Translations under genes and position numbers: made by a program | Source of the DNA: Phoronis australis | Taxonomy: Eukaryota > Animalia > Phoronida | Direction of reading: 5' to 3' | Length of the DNA stretch: 64,000 nt | Assembly (NCBI GenBank): GCA_002633005.1 | Contig: NMRA01000437.1 | Location: 289,953 to 353,952 of the forward strand | Part shown: positions 1 to 36,117 of the stretch, one piece after another | How positions within the stretch are numbered: the first letter of the stretch is position 1 | How the letters are laid out: each line of letters starts with the position of its first letter | The notes under the pieces: generated by a model | What the model was told of the DNA's origin: nothing | The model's database searches: none | The model's input: the letters and a program-made list of their open reading frames with translations, nothing else

Positions 1-1059
1 CTCCCTGCCCAAATTAAGAGAAATAACCTGTGTCCAAGATATAAACTTTAATAATGAATAGAACAATAATGGTTTACATAAGTAACGTTAGTTGCTTGTC
101 GCCGCATCAAATAACACATATACAAACTTACCGTCACTATAGAAATTTCGTAGTGAGTAAATTTCACCTGCTCCACATCGTCATGAACAATGACGCAACA
201 TAGAAGCACACTCCGCTATGATACACAAGAAAGACTCACTTTAGAAGGGCTCCACGTGATCCTTGCAGTGTATTTCGGCTTGTACACAAGGACTTTTGAC
301 AAACGTTAGAAAATACCTAAACAAAACCTTAAAGAAAAATCGCCGCCTGATGGGTATTTCTGCAGGTTTCTATACCGAGTCGACATCGCAAGAATTAAAC
401 CTGTCTGTATATTGATGCATCTCCAGTGCTCTATGTCTACTCCGGAGGAGCACCAAAAATCCGCGGGAATTTTTCTGAATGAGATAAACTGTTTGAATGA
501 GATCCCCTCCAGATTTTGTTTACGGATTAGTATTTTGTATAGTACTCTCACGTATCTGTATGTACAAAGACATACAGAGTGAAGAATTACATAGCAGTCA
601 CAGACATGACATTCAACAGGTCATGAAGTGTGACAATACCCAAGGTTCAGAGCATTATTCTCGACTTTTGGCTTAGCGCGGTCTGGACGCAACCAAGCTG
701 CTTCTTCATTACGCAGTCTTTCCTCGTTCAGTAGGAGTCGACTAGTGTACATGGAGGTAATTAACAAAGGTATCACCAACTTGATTGAAGCAACAAATTT
801 CACCCTAAAGAGGTCGAAACAATTTTTGATTTAGGTCGTTTACAGTTATAAAAATGGTCCCAAAATGCTCCTTAGACAAACTTGGGTTGAGTTCAGGGCT
901 TGGAAAGAGTTTTCGGTTCGCTATTGCTTGAGACCAGACTAAAAATTTCAGATCACGTCTTAAAATGTTATGAGTTTCGTCTGAAGAAATAATGAACTAT
1001 CAGGTATTTTCGATCCCAGAGATCACTTCTAACCTGAGTTTCGAACACGATAAGATCAC

Positions 1060-2772
1060 TTATATGAGGGTACCGGTCTTAACCAAAACTTGAATTCTTA
1101 ATGGACAGGGCGTGTTCAATGTAGCTTCAAATAACCTTTGCACAAGACTGAAGCCTAATGCAACCGAACATTGAGACTTCGCAATAAAACGATCAACTGT
1201 CTTCATTATAAGGCAGTAGCCGTCAGGAAACACGCCGTCTTTTGTCATTTCGTCTGCTTCTTTAATGTCCTTCTTGCATTTGTTGTAGCACGTTATCTTA
1301 GATAACAGACGATCACACGGTTCCAAAGAATGCTTCAAAATCGGCAGGAAGTCCCACGTGCGTGATTTTTGCGGGAGACATCCGGGCACTTTCATCTGGA
1401 AGATGTTGATTAGAACAATGGTAACGAAGACTGCTATCAGCTGAATTCCAACGCCCATCTGTACATACATGCCGCCAAAGGACAGTCCGAGTACAAAGGC
1501 TTGTAGAAGGAAAAACATTGCCATTGTATAAAAGATTGCAAACCATCGATATTTGGCAGTTGTATTTCCAAGCATTTTTTGCTAATTTTATTGGAATCTT
1601 CCTCAATGCCGTGATAGGATACCATATCACGATACCGAAGACATTGAACATCAAATGACAGAGGGCAATCTGAATGGCGTATCCAAGTGTTTGGGAGTCG
1701 GCGGCCAAGGGTTAATGGATACATTCTTTTCATATGTAAGACGCCCGTGCCCACCAGCGGTGTTATCGCGGAGGTGAAGATCGAGCTACTCTGCATCATC
1801 ATTGTAAGTCCGGCTCCGACCAAAATGGCGACGTAACCAGTCAGCCACGAAAGGCAGCCTGATAATAAGAATAAACAAGAATTAGACATGAATTAACACA
1901 TAGCCTCCACGTATCACTTGATGAGTGTTTCGAGCATCTATCAAAAGTAATCTGCGTTCAAATTCACGATTTGAAATTCCACAAAGTATCATATGCTTAC
2001 AATTAAAGGGGCCTTTCGCTGGTGTTCAGCTACCATTGATGGATTTTTAACCGAAAAGGTTTAATTTGAGCTTAAAAACTTTATCACACTCCTGAATCGT
2101 TGCCAAATGAGCTATCAACTCAGGTTTCAGGCAACATTTTTGAATTTCTAGTTTTTAGGATTGGCCAACACGAATACACTTTGAAGCGTTTTTTTTAGTC
2201 GCGAATTGAACAGAGAAATAAATCAAGTTTCATTCACGGTGAGGAATATTAGAAGACCGATTCCATGAGCACTAATGGCTTAATTCATTTTTCGTCATGA
2301 GATCTAAATACAGAGGGAATGTGAATATCGATTGATACTCACAACGCTATCCATCTTTTCTTGGTGCACCACCCCAAAAGTAAAAATTAAGGTAAAAAAT
2401 CCGTATTGAACTCATTTTATTTTGAAAAAAATCAATGTCATGTCGAAAGAGCATTATTTGGGATGAGGTTTTGAATAAAACCGCTTGCGTTAAGATCCGT
2501 TTCAAAGAGTTTTTAACAAAAAATGTAGCGTGAAGAGTGTCTTCAGGTGTTATACACATAAAAGTCAACTTCTAATATGTGTTACTTGGAAAGTTGGCAT
2601 TGACGACCTTCTTGAGAACTGACAGAAGCAATTTGTCCTTTGAAAAGAGAGTGGAGTACTTTGACAATAAGAAACAGGCATATGCAAAGGATACCCAATG
2701 CCATCACCAATAGGAGCGCTCCGATCACTGTATCGCCCCAAGTCTCGGCTACGTTCATAAACATATATTCAC
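1060..2772 (-). pseudogene. SLC34A: SLC34 (NaPi-II sodium/phosphate cotransporter) pseudogene fragment, last two exons only
   Basis: Exon 2772-2586 reads EYMFMNVAETWGDTVIGALLLV...GQIASV/VLKKVVNANFP, then donor GTAAC. Exon 1858-~1060 reads SCLSWLTGYVAILVGAGLTMMMQSSSIFTSAITPLVG...YPLTLG / ALAADSQTLGYAIQIALCHLMFNVFGIVIWYP / MLGNTTAKYRWFA...TWDFLP. These are SLC34 signature motifs, including QSSS. Three frameshifts (~2620, ~1708, ~1577). No upstream SLC34 exons recognised before the KAT7 promoter. Confidence 0.88.
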
Positions 2773-4128
2773 CTGCAAATAATCAGAGACAAATCGAGAT
2801 TATCTTCTTTGAAAGGATAAATATCAGCACAGGAAACAGTGGCTCGGTGACGAGAACTACTGTACATTCGGGAATGATTTTTATATTCTTGGCTACGTAA
2901 TGGGTAGCCCATTATTGTTGAGAGCATGTATGCAAATGGCAGCACTGCCAAGAGAGCTCTGTTTCTAAAGCTCTGTATGATTTTTCCTGCGTATGTGTGT
3001 ATAACGTCACGGTCATGCCTGCCATGACAGCGTTTTTAATATTGACGGTGACATCGCTGCAAACTATAATTGCATGGTCTCCTATGTTAATTTTATTCAT
3101 ATTAATGACAATTTCTACCATTTTTTAATTTTTGGGAAATCACGTGTCATTTTCTTTTTGCAATTGGAGCCCCAGTTCACATCTCACGCAAAAATACTTA
3201 GTAATTGTTATATACCTTGTTTTAGGACTGTTTCTCCGTCATTTTAGTGAATGGCGCCAAAAGATAAAAGTCGCCAATATTCGATGATTGCCTTTTTTCA
3301 AAAGGAACAAATAGTGTTGTACAGTTTCACTTTCGCGCTTCTCTTGTACGAGTAGAATTCAAGCACTAAGAGAGTGGCAATTTGAAAATAAATACAAAGA
3401 CTGAATTTTTTTGATTGGCAAATCATATCATACGGTACAAGTCAGACGCGCCTAACAAACTAAAGGTTATAATAAAATAAAAGGTAATGAGCATGTGGAG
3501 CGCTCATCAACGCATTACAGCCAACAAAATAGCTTACCAACTCAACCCAAAACTCGTCTGTAAATCAGTATTTACAGACAAACTCGGGTATGTAGTTAAC
3601 CCTTGAAACACAATTTTGGTCACATTTTGGAAATTTAGATAGAGCTTATGGTAGTTGCAAGGAATAAATGAAGCATAATAAAATGAACTTTTCCCAAGAC
3701 TGAATCATAAAGAAAAGCTAATCGTAGCCTTAGGACTAGCGCAGAAGTTACGAGGTACGATCTTAGTTGCCGGTTTCAATCAACCATAGCTGAGCTTACC
3801 AACGACTATCTCTAGTTTGTCAAATTTCGTTTTTTCAAAATGTTAGATCTCAGCTACATGTACTTGAGGCAGATCCCAGGGGAAACAGACTGAGGAATAA
3901 TGTTTTTGCAAGTGCCCTTTTTAATAACAAATTTCATTAATTTGGAATTGCGAATTCTTGTTTAGGAAGCGTGAATAAATCAGAAGATAGCAATATTATA
4001 AACCAGATATGTTTTGAAACAGATGTGAAGTAGTATAATCCAACTGTCTTTGAAAACCGTCACCTGCCACTAAAGTTTATACATGTAAGTTTATATAGAC
4101 ACTTATAATCTGGATTCGCATTTTAATA

Positions 4129-4162
4129 GTGTGTGTGTGTGTGTGTGNTGTGGGTGTGGGTG
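4129..4162. repeat. (GT)n microsatellite containing an N
   Basis: gtgtgtgt... run with an ambiguous base at 4148. Confidence 0.9.
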
Positions 4163-6504
4163 TCTGACAGATGGCACCAACTGCTGTTCATTTTCTGTTT
4201 ATTGAAGTAACAGATCTTTTCGTACCAGAGAGATCTGCCGTTGGCATCTATGTGGTCATCCATTTTATGTTTTGATTGAAAAAAGCGGCTGCTCACAGAT
4301 CGAGAGAGGTTACAATAATGGAACCGGTTACCTCTGTATTCCGTTTTTTTAATTGTACATGTTTTTGTTGCGAAATGTTCCTATTTGGAAGTCGTTCGAT
4401 GATGGAATTAGCCTTCCCTGTTGCATATGTCAAGCAAATTGCTGGGAATCAGGTTTTTATGACCGTGTACAGTGTACATGTCTAACGGATTAAGGCACTA
4501 AAAGTACTGTGCACAGGCATGTTAAGAAGGCAAAAATTATGGGTGATTGAGGCACAACCTCTTTTCCGTCGCCGCGACCTCGACCGCCATTCATGTTGAG
4601 AAAGCTCACTTTATGCAGGGTCACACGTCGATGGAATGAGCTGTCACTATTTTCCAAGCTTAATGATGTTTCCTCGTAAGGTATCCCATGTAAGATGAGA
4701 CCCTCTTTCGGTGTAGACGTTCGGGTGAATTGTCCCTGAGTTCATCCATACATGGAAATCCGATACTGCCAAGTATTTTCGAGGGGAAGCTGATATTCAT
4801 AATTCATCAAAAACAAAACATTTGTGTACAGGACAGCAGTATCAAGACAATCGACTCAAACAACCAAAAACTGTGAAAAACATTGACCGCCATCAAAAAG
4901 ATAGAATTTTGAAGAGCGTGACCACCACTATTTGTGAAATACATAAAGGTAATACTTCCGGTGGTTACTTATAAAATAACATTACTTTTTCCTACAGTTT
5001 CAAAAGAATAGTATTTCTTTTGAAGATCGTTCGTTACTAGGAGTTGTTTTTAAAGAATTTGCACATGTCGAAAAGACTATCATGACCTTGCACATGTGGA
5101 ATGGGGGTATACATTCAAATTACTTGCAATCATAAACAAAAATTTTAGCGTTGTTTGGAGTTCAATTTTAACTTTAACTCGTGCACCGTTATAGGTACAA
5201 CTGGAATGAGCAACCATACACCTTAATAGGAATGCTCTGTCTCCCATGTTCCCCGGCTACTCGTCAAAAATCTTTCAGCATTCCTAGCTGTTGAAATAAT
5301 CCACAACATTCCGTTTTGATAAACAAATTCGTTGGTGTCTTACTTAGATGTTTGTGTTAAGGTACCTACGGAAACCGACAGATCCGCAGATTAGCTTTGG
5401 CAATCAGTAGCTATTCTTGTATGAATTCATGATGTTTCGTTGAATTTGATTTTAGCTTAAAGTAGGAAACACTCTATAATCCTGTCCCCAAATGGAAAGT
5501 AAACTGAGAAGATTTTTGCCTATCAAAAATGAACAAGTCCCAAAGAATTGATGAAATTCGGACAGTTCCCAAAAGTATACTCAGATTTCAGATGACAATA
5601 GATGCATTGCCTTTTTACTTAGGTTTGACATTTGTTGTTTAAACTCAAAAACAGAAGGTCAATTAAAACTTAATTTAGTCATTAAATCAAGGATAAACGC
5701 ATTGCTCATAGAATTTATTGTTGGTTTCCGATTGACATGTTTATGAATCTACAAAAATTGACTGATTGATCGATTATTTTTTAATAATTAGAGGCTAATT
5801 CCCAGCTGTAAGACATGACTATGGCTCACTGAACTTAGTTGTGTTCTGACATTGGGAAAATTAGGTCTAACACCAGATCCCCAAATAACAAAGCACACTA
5901 AACGACTTCTGTCTAACTGAAATATGTTTCGAAGATATTGATGAATGTCGGACAGCTTTACAAAGTGTCTCAAAATGTTATCGGAATTCAAATGACAATA
6001 AATTATTTATTGACTTTGAAACTAGGTTATTGGTTTAAATTTACAAACCGTAGATCGCAAAAGAAGTTTAAGTCCTTAAATAAATGAAGTCAAACTCATT
6101 GATCATCAACTTGAAAAGGTTGTCTTTGCACTTTCTTGATGTTTTTTTGTTTTCAGTGGTATGGCGCAACTGAATCGTTTGCTTGCATTTCCAGTACATA
6201 CTACACAGACAGACCACGTCATGACTGACGGGACCACGTTAAAAGGTTCAACCATGCAGTAGGCCCGCACACAATCTTAGTTATCACTGGAATTTGAACT
6301 CCTGGCGTTGATGTGTGTACATTTTTTAACACTCTGTATCATTTTCTCAAGCCAGCAGAAACAGGACTACCGGATGTGTGTGGGGCAGTTTGTGACTTCA
6401 CCTTTGAAATTCAAAGTTTGCCATGTTATTGCATGATAACGTTACTGTGCCGGCTTCCGTTAGTTTTTATTCAAAAGCTATGGTCACGAAACCCGCCGAA
6501 TCAA

Positions 6505-6757
6505 ATACAGATTGGTCAGCAAAAGATAAAATGTATGTCGACGTCTAGTGAAAACGTGCGTGACCAACCAAATTCGCAAGGAACTGGCCTTACGGACAGC
6601 AACTGACTTATGGACTGCCTGTCACCGTGAGGTCACGGACTCCGATATTGGTAAACAATGTTGACCTATTTAATGTGACCTTGGCAAGTCACGTGATATC
6701 CACAACGAACGCGCCATTTTGGAAAATGGAGTGAAGACGCCGCGAAGCAACCCGAAA
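6505..6757 (+). promoter_or_regulatory. KAT7 proximal promoter with E-box, YY1-like and CCAAT motifs
   Basis: GTCACGTGAT at 6688-6697, CGCCATTTT at 6712-6720 (YY1 consensus) and ATTGG at ~6512 and ~6646, directly upstream of the ATG at 6758. Motif match only. Confidence 0.5.
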
Positions 6758-20953
<14,196 letters not shown>

Positions 20954-22967
20954 CAGTGCAACAAGATACTGTTGGTAGATGATGTGTAGCAATTTTCAAA
21001 ATGAACTGGTCAGAGTTGAGTCGAGCTTTGTCAAATCCTGCCAAACTTTAACGCACTAAATGCCAAAATGCTTAAAATGGAGTGGACTTATTGTCAATAA
21101 TAAAATAGCTTCGTTGTCAAATTAGCTGATACACATTATCATTTATCCATGTGAAGTATTTGATATGCAAATTATTCACCCATTTAAAATGTTGCAAACC
21201 ACCACATGCATACTTTCAACATGTTAGCATGCTGCTGAGACTCTTATATACTGTTTTTATTAACTAATTTGCATGAATTTTACCGTCGTCAAATAAAATA
21301 GACTATGACACAAAAATAATGATATTCTTTCCAATTCGAAATTTATATCAGTAATTTTTACCTTTCAGTGACACAGCAGCTTGCTCAAAATTGTGACCTA
21401 TTTTCCCAAATATTTGTATCGGTACTGTGGAATAGTTAATAAGGATATTCATTTACCAAGAAAATGTTTTTACCAACACTAAGCTTTAACATATTTTGTA
21501 GAAAGTAACTTGACAAAATATATCTTCGTTTTAAATTGCCCCTACAAATTGAGAAAATATTCACAACTTTATCAAAAATGCGAATTCAAATTATTTAATA
21601 TCCTGGGCTGAGGAACTCGAAGAGCAGACTTGACAAAATGAACTGCGACGGGAGGCTAAACTACCTGTAGGACTGAAAATTAGCAAATAAACTTTATTCC
21701 TATAAAAAGTAGGTTGCTAAACGCAAAGGGACGCAAGGTACTGCCGGAGCAAGAATTGTCAAATGATAGCTGCATATCAACAAATGACTTTAAATACCCT
21801 ATTATGTAGTGTCATCTTATACCGAGTGCCTTCTCCAAAAGTGCCACAGCGGGATTGAAAATCGTACTGTCATCACAAACGCAGCACTTGACTACTCTGA
21901 AAGTTTCTGACGTGAAAATGTGTACGGACAACAGAGTGTGTTTACCCAATGGAAAAACAAAGCATGTGCAGTTGGTCGTTCATGGTGGTATGTCACACAG
22001 GATAGCCAGTGGCTCATTAGATCACTGCCACATCATCCAGAATTTCAGTATGGTCTCAATTGTCAATCCCAGGTCTCATTTCATAATAAAAAATGGTGGT
22101 TTGTAACACTTTATGGCCGTGATTATAGCATCAACTTTCGTCACTGACTTATTTGGTCTTCCAATTCTTGGTATAGAGACGGGCACAAAAATGTTGTAGA
22201 AGCCCTTTAGTCAGAATTGAACATTTCTTGTAAGGAAGTAATCATTTTTGCCTTCAATTTTTTTCGAGTCTTCTGTAGGTTTTTGAAAATGCTGTAGTAA
22301 ATCATAATTTGAAAGTGTCACTTTTTGCAACATGTACCAAATTAATATTGTATCCAGCATTACTTTTGGAAGGGTCTAAATATCCACTCGAAACTTAACT
22401 AAAAAATTACCAATGGCATGACACGCTCAAGTTAATTTATTTGCAAATAATGCCACGCGAATGCTTAAATTTAGAATTCGTACAATCTGAATTTAGTTTA
22501 GACCCAGGGTTTTGTTCTATTGAAGTTCTACATCACGATAAATAGTGCGGTATGCATGAATAGTGAATTGCATTTAGTTCTCAAGGTTACGGTAACCTTT
22601 CTGAATGGATAAAATAATATGTGTTTGACGTATGTGATTGTTATGCTGGTGTTTGAGTAGTTCAGTAGAGTGTAACTTGATGTGCACACAAAGGGTTTGT
22701 TTATTATTTTGTCAGACAGATGCTCAAGAGCTCTCTTTGTGAGCATTTTTTGCAATTTTCTATTCAAACATTTTAATATGTAGTCATCTAGCTATGCCAT
22801 CATTTACAGTTAAATTATTCAATATTGAACCTGTTTTCAATAAATGCATTGTACGGTATATGGTGTACTCGTTTAATTTTCTGCTTGTAAGATTTACTTA
22901 CTGGTATCCTAAACTCCGTTATTAAAATCATGCGAGTAAAACACTGACTTTGACGGTTGAGATGGAC

Positions 22968-23019
22968 ATATATTAAATAAACCGACGTATATTAAATAAA
23001 CAGACGTATATTAAATAAA
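22968..23019. repeat. 19-bp tandem repeat, about 3 copies
   Basis: tatattaaataaac(c/a)gacg repeated. Confidence 0.8.
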
Positions 23020-24563
23020 TGAGCACAATTAAAATATATAAGTGATCAAAAATGAACAAGAAATATATAACCCGTAACCTAACCAAAGACAATAAAATAT
23101 GTGTCCTCCATAGATGTATCACGGTGCAACATTTACTAGAGGATTCATTACTTGTAATCAGAAACTATGACTTCAATTTTGAATTGTGAGGAAAACTTAA
23201 AAAGCCAACTCGAGTTCACAGTCACCTGTCACATCTGATGAGTTTTAAAGGACAATGAACTTATAAATTCCGAAGATAATTGTGTTCAGTTGATCTTGCA
23301 TTGAGCGTGGTTTCGTGGACTGAAAATCTGCATATATCCAAATGAGATGAACCACTTTAAGGCAATTAAATTGGCAAAACAGCACCCGTGAGGTTTCCCC
23401 TAAACATGTATTTGCATGTTACTCGCTATGCTGATGCATAGCACCAACTAAGCGACCATGCTATTTGAACATCATCTACCCTAAATAGTGTACAAAAATT
23501 TATGGACAATTTGTAAGTGTGAAGACAAAAAAATCTGCAAATAGGTGACCTTTGCACTAACAATGTACCTTGGAGGCTAACAGCCCGCATCATACAGTCT
23601 TATTCCCCAACACCAGGTCATGATCTTACTGGCTACGTTTGAGTATGGCCGATCATTTTCGACACAAAACTCATTCTTAAAAACATTTGGCAATTTTCAA
23701 CCTACTTCATATTAACTTCATTGCTATGTTTTGTGTTCCTAACTATTTTGACCAAGCAATCACAGAGATAAGGAATTATCTTGCAAGTTCCATTCTAACT
23801 ATGAATGCTCCCACGTTGGTAAACAGTTTTCTGTTCTCAAACCATTCTGATGATCAAAAAAGCATCATGCCCTTTCCCCATTAGCGCCATCTGTTGACTC
23901 TTAAAAGAGGCTTTTAACCCACTTTTAATCAAAAAGCAATTTTTCGTAGAGATCACTAATTGCTACGAAATTGGGATCAATAGGTGTTTGGAAAACATTA
24001 ACCGTTGTAGCTCAAGACCAGACTCTACCAGCTGACTTGTTGCAGGGTGTCATTTTATTCGACGAGCATAATCTCTAGCAACAACGAGTCGTCAGTTCCT
24101 TACAAGAACAATAATTCTCACCAGAGTGAGAAACAATCTGAAACCCATCAGCAGCAAGTGATCTGAATCAAATTTTTTTTTCGATGCCTCAAAGTTAAAT
24201 ACTTCAGTAAAGATTGGCTTCGAAGCAATACATAACCAAAACCAACTGTTCTGTAAATGCTTTTAACACAAACGGTCACAATTTTTGCCGATGACAAGTC
24301 AGGTCGTCTAGGAGACATCATCCCGACAAGCAATGGTCTGCTAAAGAGATGTTAGCTCAGTACCCACAGAGGGCGTCACTTGGATTGGAAATCCAGGACG
24401 AGTAGCAAATCAACACCATTATACGCCAAAGTGTGCAGTTTTAAGTTGCTTCATATGCAGTGAAACAATTCATTATTACAGCGAAACCGATTAAAATGGA
24501 AAAAAATAAATATTGGGTGTAGCACGACAACAGAATTTTTTAAAGGTGACATTCAACAGCTGG

Positions 24564-24669
24564 TAATAGGCGGATGTAAGGTGTCTGCATTTTGAGAACC
24601 AGTTTTCTCCACTGAATAACAGGCATCAAACTGGTTCTCAAAATGTGGGCATGTTATATCTGTCTAATT
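24564..24669. repeat. Small palindromic MITE-like repeat, copy 2
   Basis: Same CATTTTGAGAACCAGTTT...AAACTGGTTCTCAAAATG core as 18487-18578, in reverse orientation. Confidence 0.75.
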
Positions 24670-25093
24670 GTTTTATTATAAAGCGCCTTTATTGAAGTCG
24701 GTGTTTTGTAGCAGATATCTTTTCCTGACCGATCAGATAAAAACTGTGTGTGCTCCACATCAATCAGGTTTGACTCGTAACAGAACAAGCATGACTAATA
24801 TACATCAAGCTGAAAAGAAAAGTCAAACAGCCATAGTGCACCCAAAGCAATGGTTAGCTATCTTTATCATCAAGACCAAAATGGTTTGACATGATAAGTC
24901 CAGAGGCGTGTTTATAATTAATTATGACTAAAATACACAAATCAATCTTCCAATGGAGAGCTTTTGAAATTTTTGTCTTCGCGTTTCAAAAATGTTTCTC
25001 TCAATAACAAGTATATTTCTACACCTAATTGTACATCAGATTAAAAACATACTGGCGAAGTTAAAAAACAGTTAATGAAGTTCACAGGTCTGC

Positions 25094-25367
25094 ATGCCAC
25101 CTTTTGGCCACATCACATGACTAAATGAATATCAGTCTGAACAGGTTTCTACTCCCCAAAGTCGGGACCTTCCGTTAAACGCGCAGACGCTCCAGTTCAC
25201 TAAGCCATTGGGACCACCTGTCGAATACAGAAATCCACTCAGACTTAGCAGTCTTTGAACTCATAGGTGTATATAAATGTGCACGGAGAACAGAAGGTCA
25301 CCGTCAGAGCAGAAATCTATTCAGACAAATATTCATAAGGTCACGTGATGTGGCCAAAAGGTGGCAT
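25094..25367. mobile_element. MITE with ~60-bp imperfect TIRs
   Basis: ATGCCACCTTTTGGCCACATCACATGAC versus GTCACGTGATGTGGCCAAAAGGTGGCAT (27/28 inverted match). Inverted similarity continues ~35 bp inward. Confidence 0.8.
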
Positions 25368-25945
25368 AAAGTTCAGACTTAGAAATGTTTGAGCTCTATT
25401 AAATTCTACACCAGTTTAAGATTTAAATACCAAAGCATAAATAATGAAGTAATGTCAATCCTGTGTTGACAAACAGCAAGGTTGAGTTTCCAAACTGAAT
25501 CTAAATTAGGAAAAATTCTTTTTAAAGCTGCCACGAACAACAAATCGTAACATAGTTCCCACAAACGGTCACATATGTCACGCAACCATTCATAAGGACA
25601 GTCTTGATCTATTGGAAATTTGGTACAAGATAAAATGGTTTACACAATATCAGTAAGACACAGAGAATCTCGCTCACCAATTTCAAATGAGAATAATTGC
25701 CCAAAATCCACTTTTTTCACTTTTCAAGAACTTCTATCGTCATTGTGAATGTCCAAAACTTTTCAAAATAGTCTCTGTTGTTAGCTATGGTACTAACATC
25801 ATTCTGACACTGCATTTAATATGAAAATAACATTTCACCTGTCTGCCACATTGTGTACTAAATTAGTGAGATTTCACTGTAACTACAGCACACATAAATT
25901 ATTTCGAATTACGAAACCGCCAGACTACAAGCACAACAGTAGTCC

Positions 25946-35708
<9,763 letters not shown>

Positions 35709-36117
35709 GACGCCTTCTATCTCCCTCAGCTATACATGATTTCGCTAAAATATCCTTAAACCAACAGCAGCTGAAACATATGTTTCGTGAGGTTTCGATC
35801 AACACGTCTATATCAGGAAATGTGATTCGGCAGTAGAATATTAGCGCCGCAGCGCTACCTTTCGAGTGTAAGGAAAATAAGCTTCGTTTGATAAATGCTA
35901 TTAAGATTTTTGCTAGTTGAGAACATTTCTTAAAATGCAACTTAAATGGTTAATATATTTTAAATATATTAAATATAAAATATAAAATTTTAAATATTCA
36001 ACCCGCAATCATTTTGTTAAAGGAGGAACCAGTGGTGGTAGCTTGAGTATTATTCGGGTACACTTGTGAAGCAGAATAAATTTTCAATCGAGAGAAGTTT
36101 TACGGTTTGCAAGCACA
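35709..36117. promoter_or_regulatory. Bidirectional promoter region between HSPA13 and SMG9
   Basis: Divergent start codons are 409 bp apart, with a central almost pure A/T tract at ~35950-35998. Confidence 0.7.

Noticed and set aside
2769-3121. ORFs upstream of the SLC34 exon as additional SLC34 exons
   Set aside because: No recognisable SLC34 motifs or matching splice sites.
23235-23280. CTGATGAG as a hammerhead ribozyme core
   Set aside because: No stem II followed by GAAA at the required spacing.
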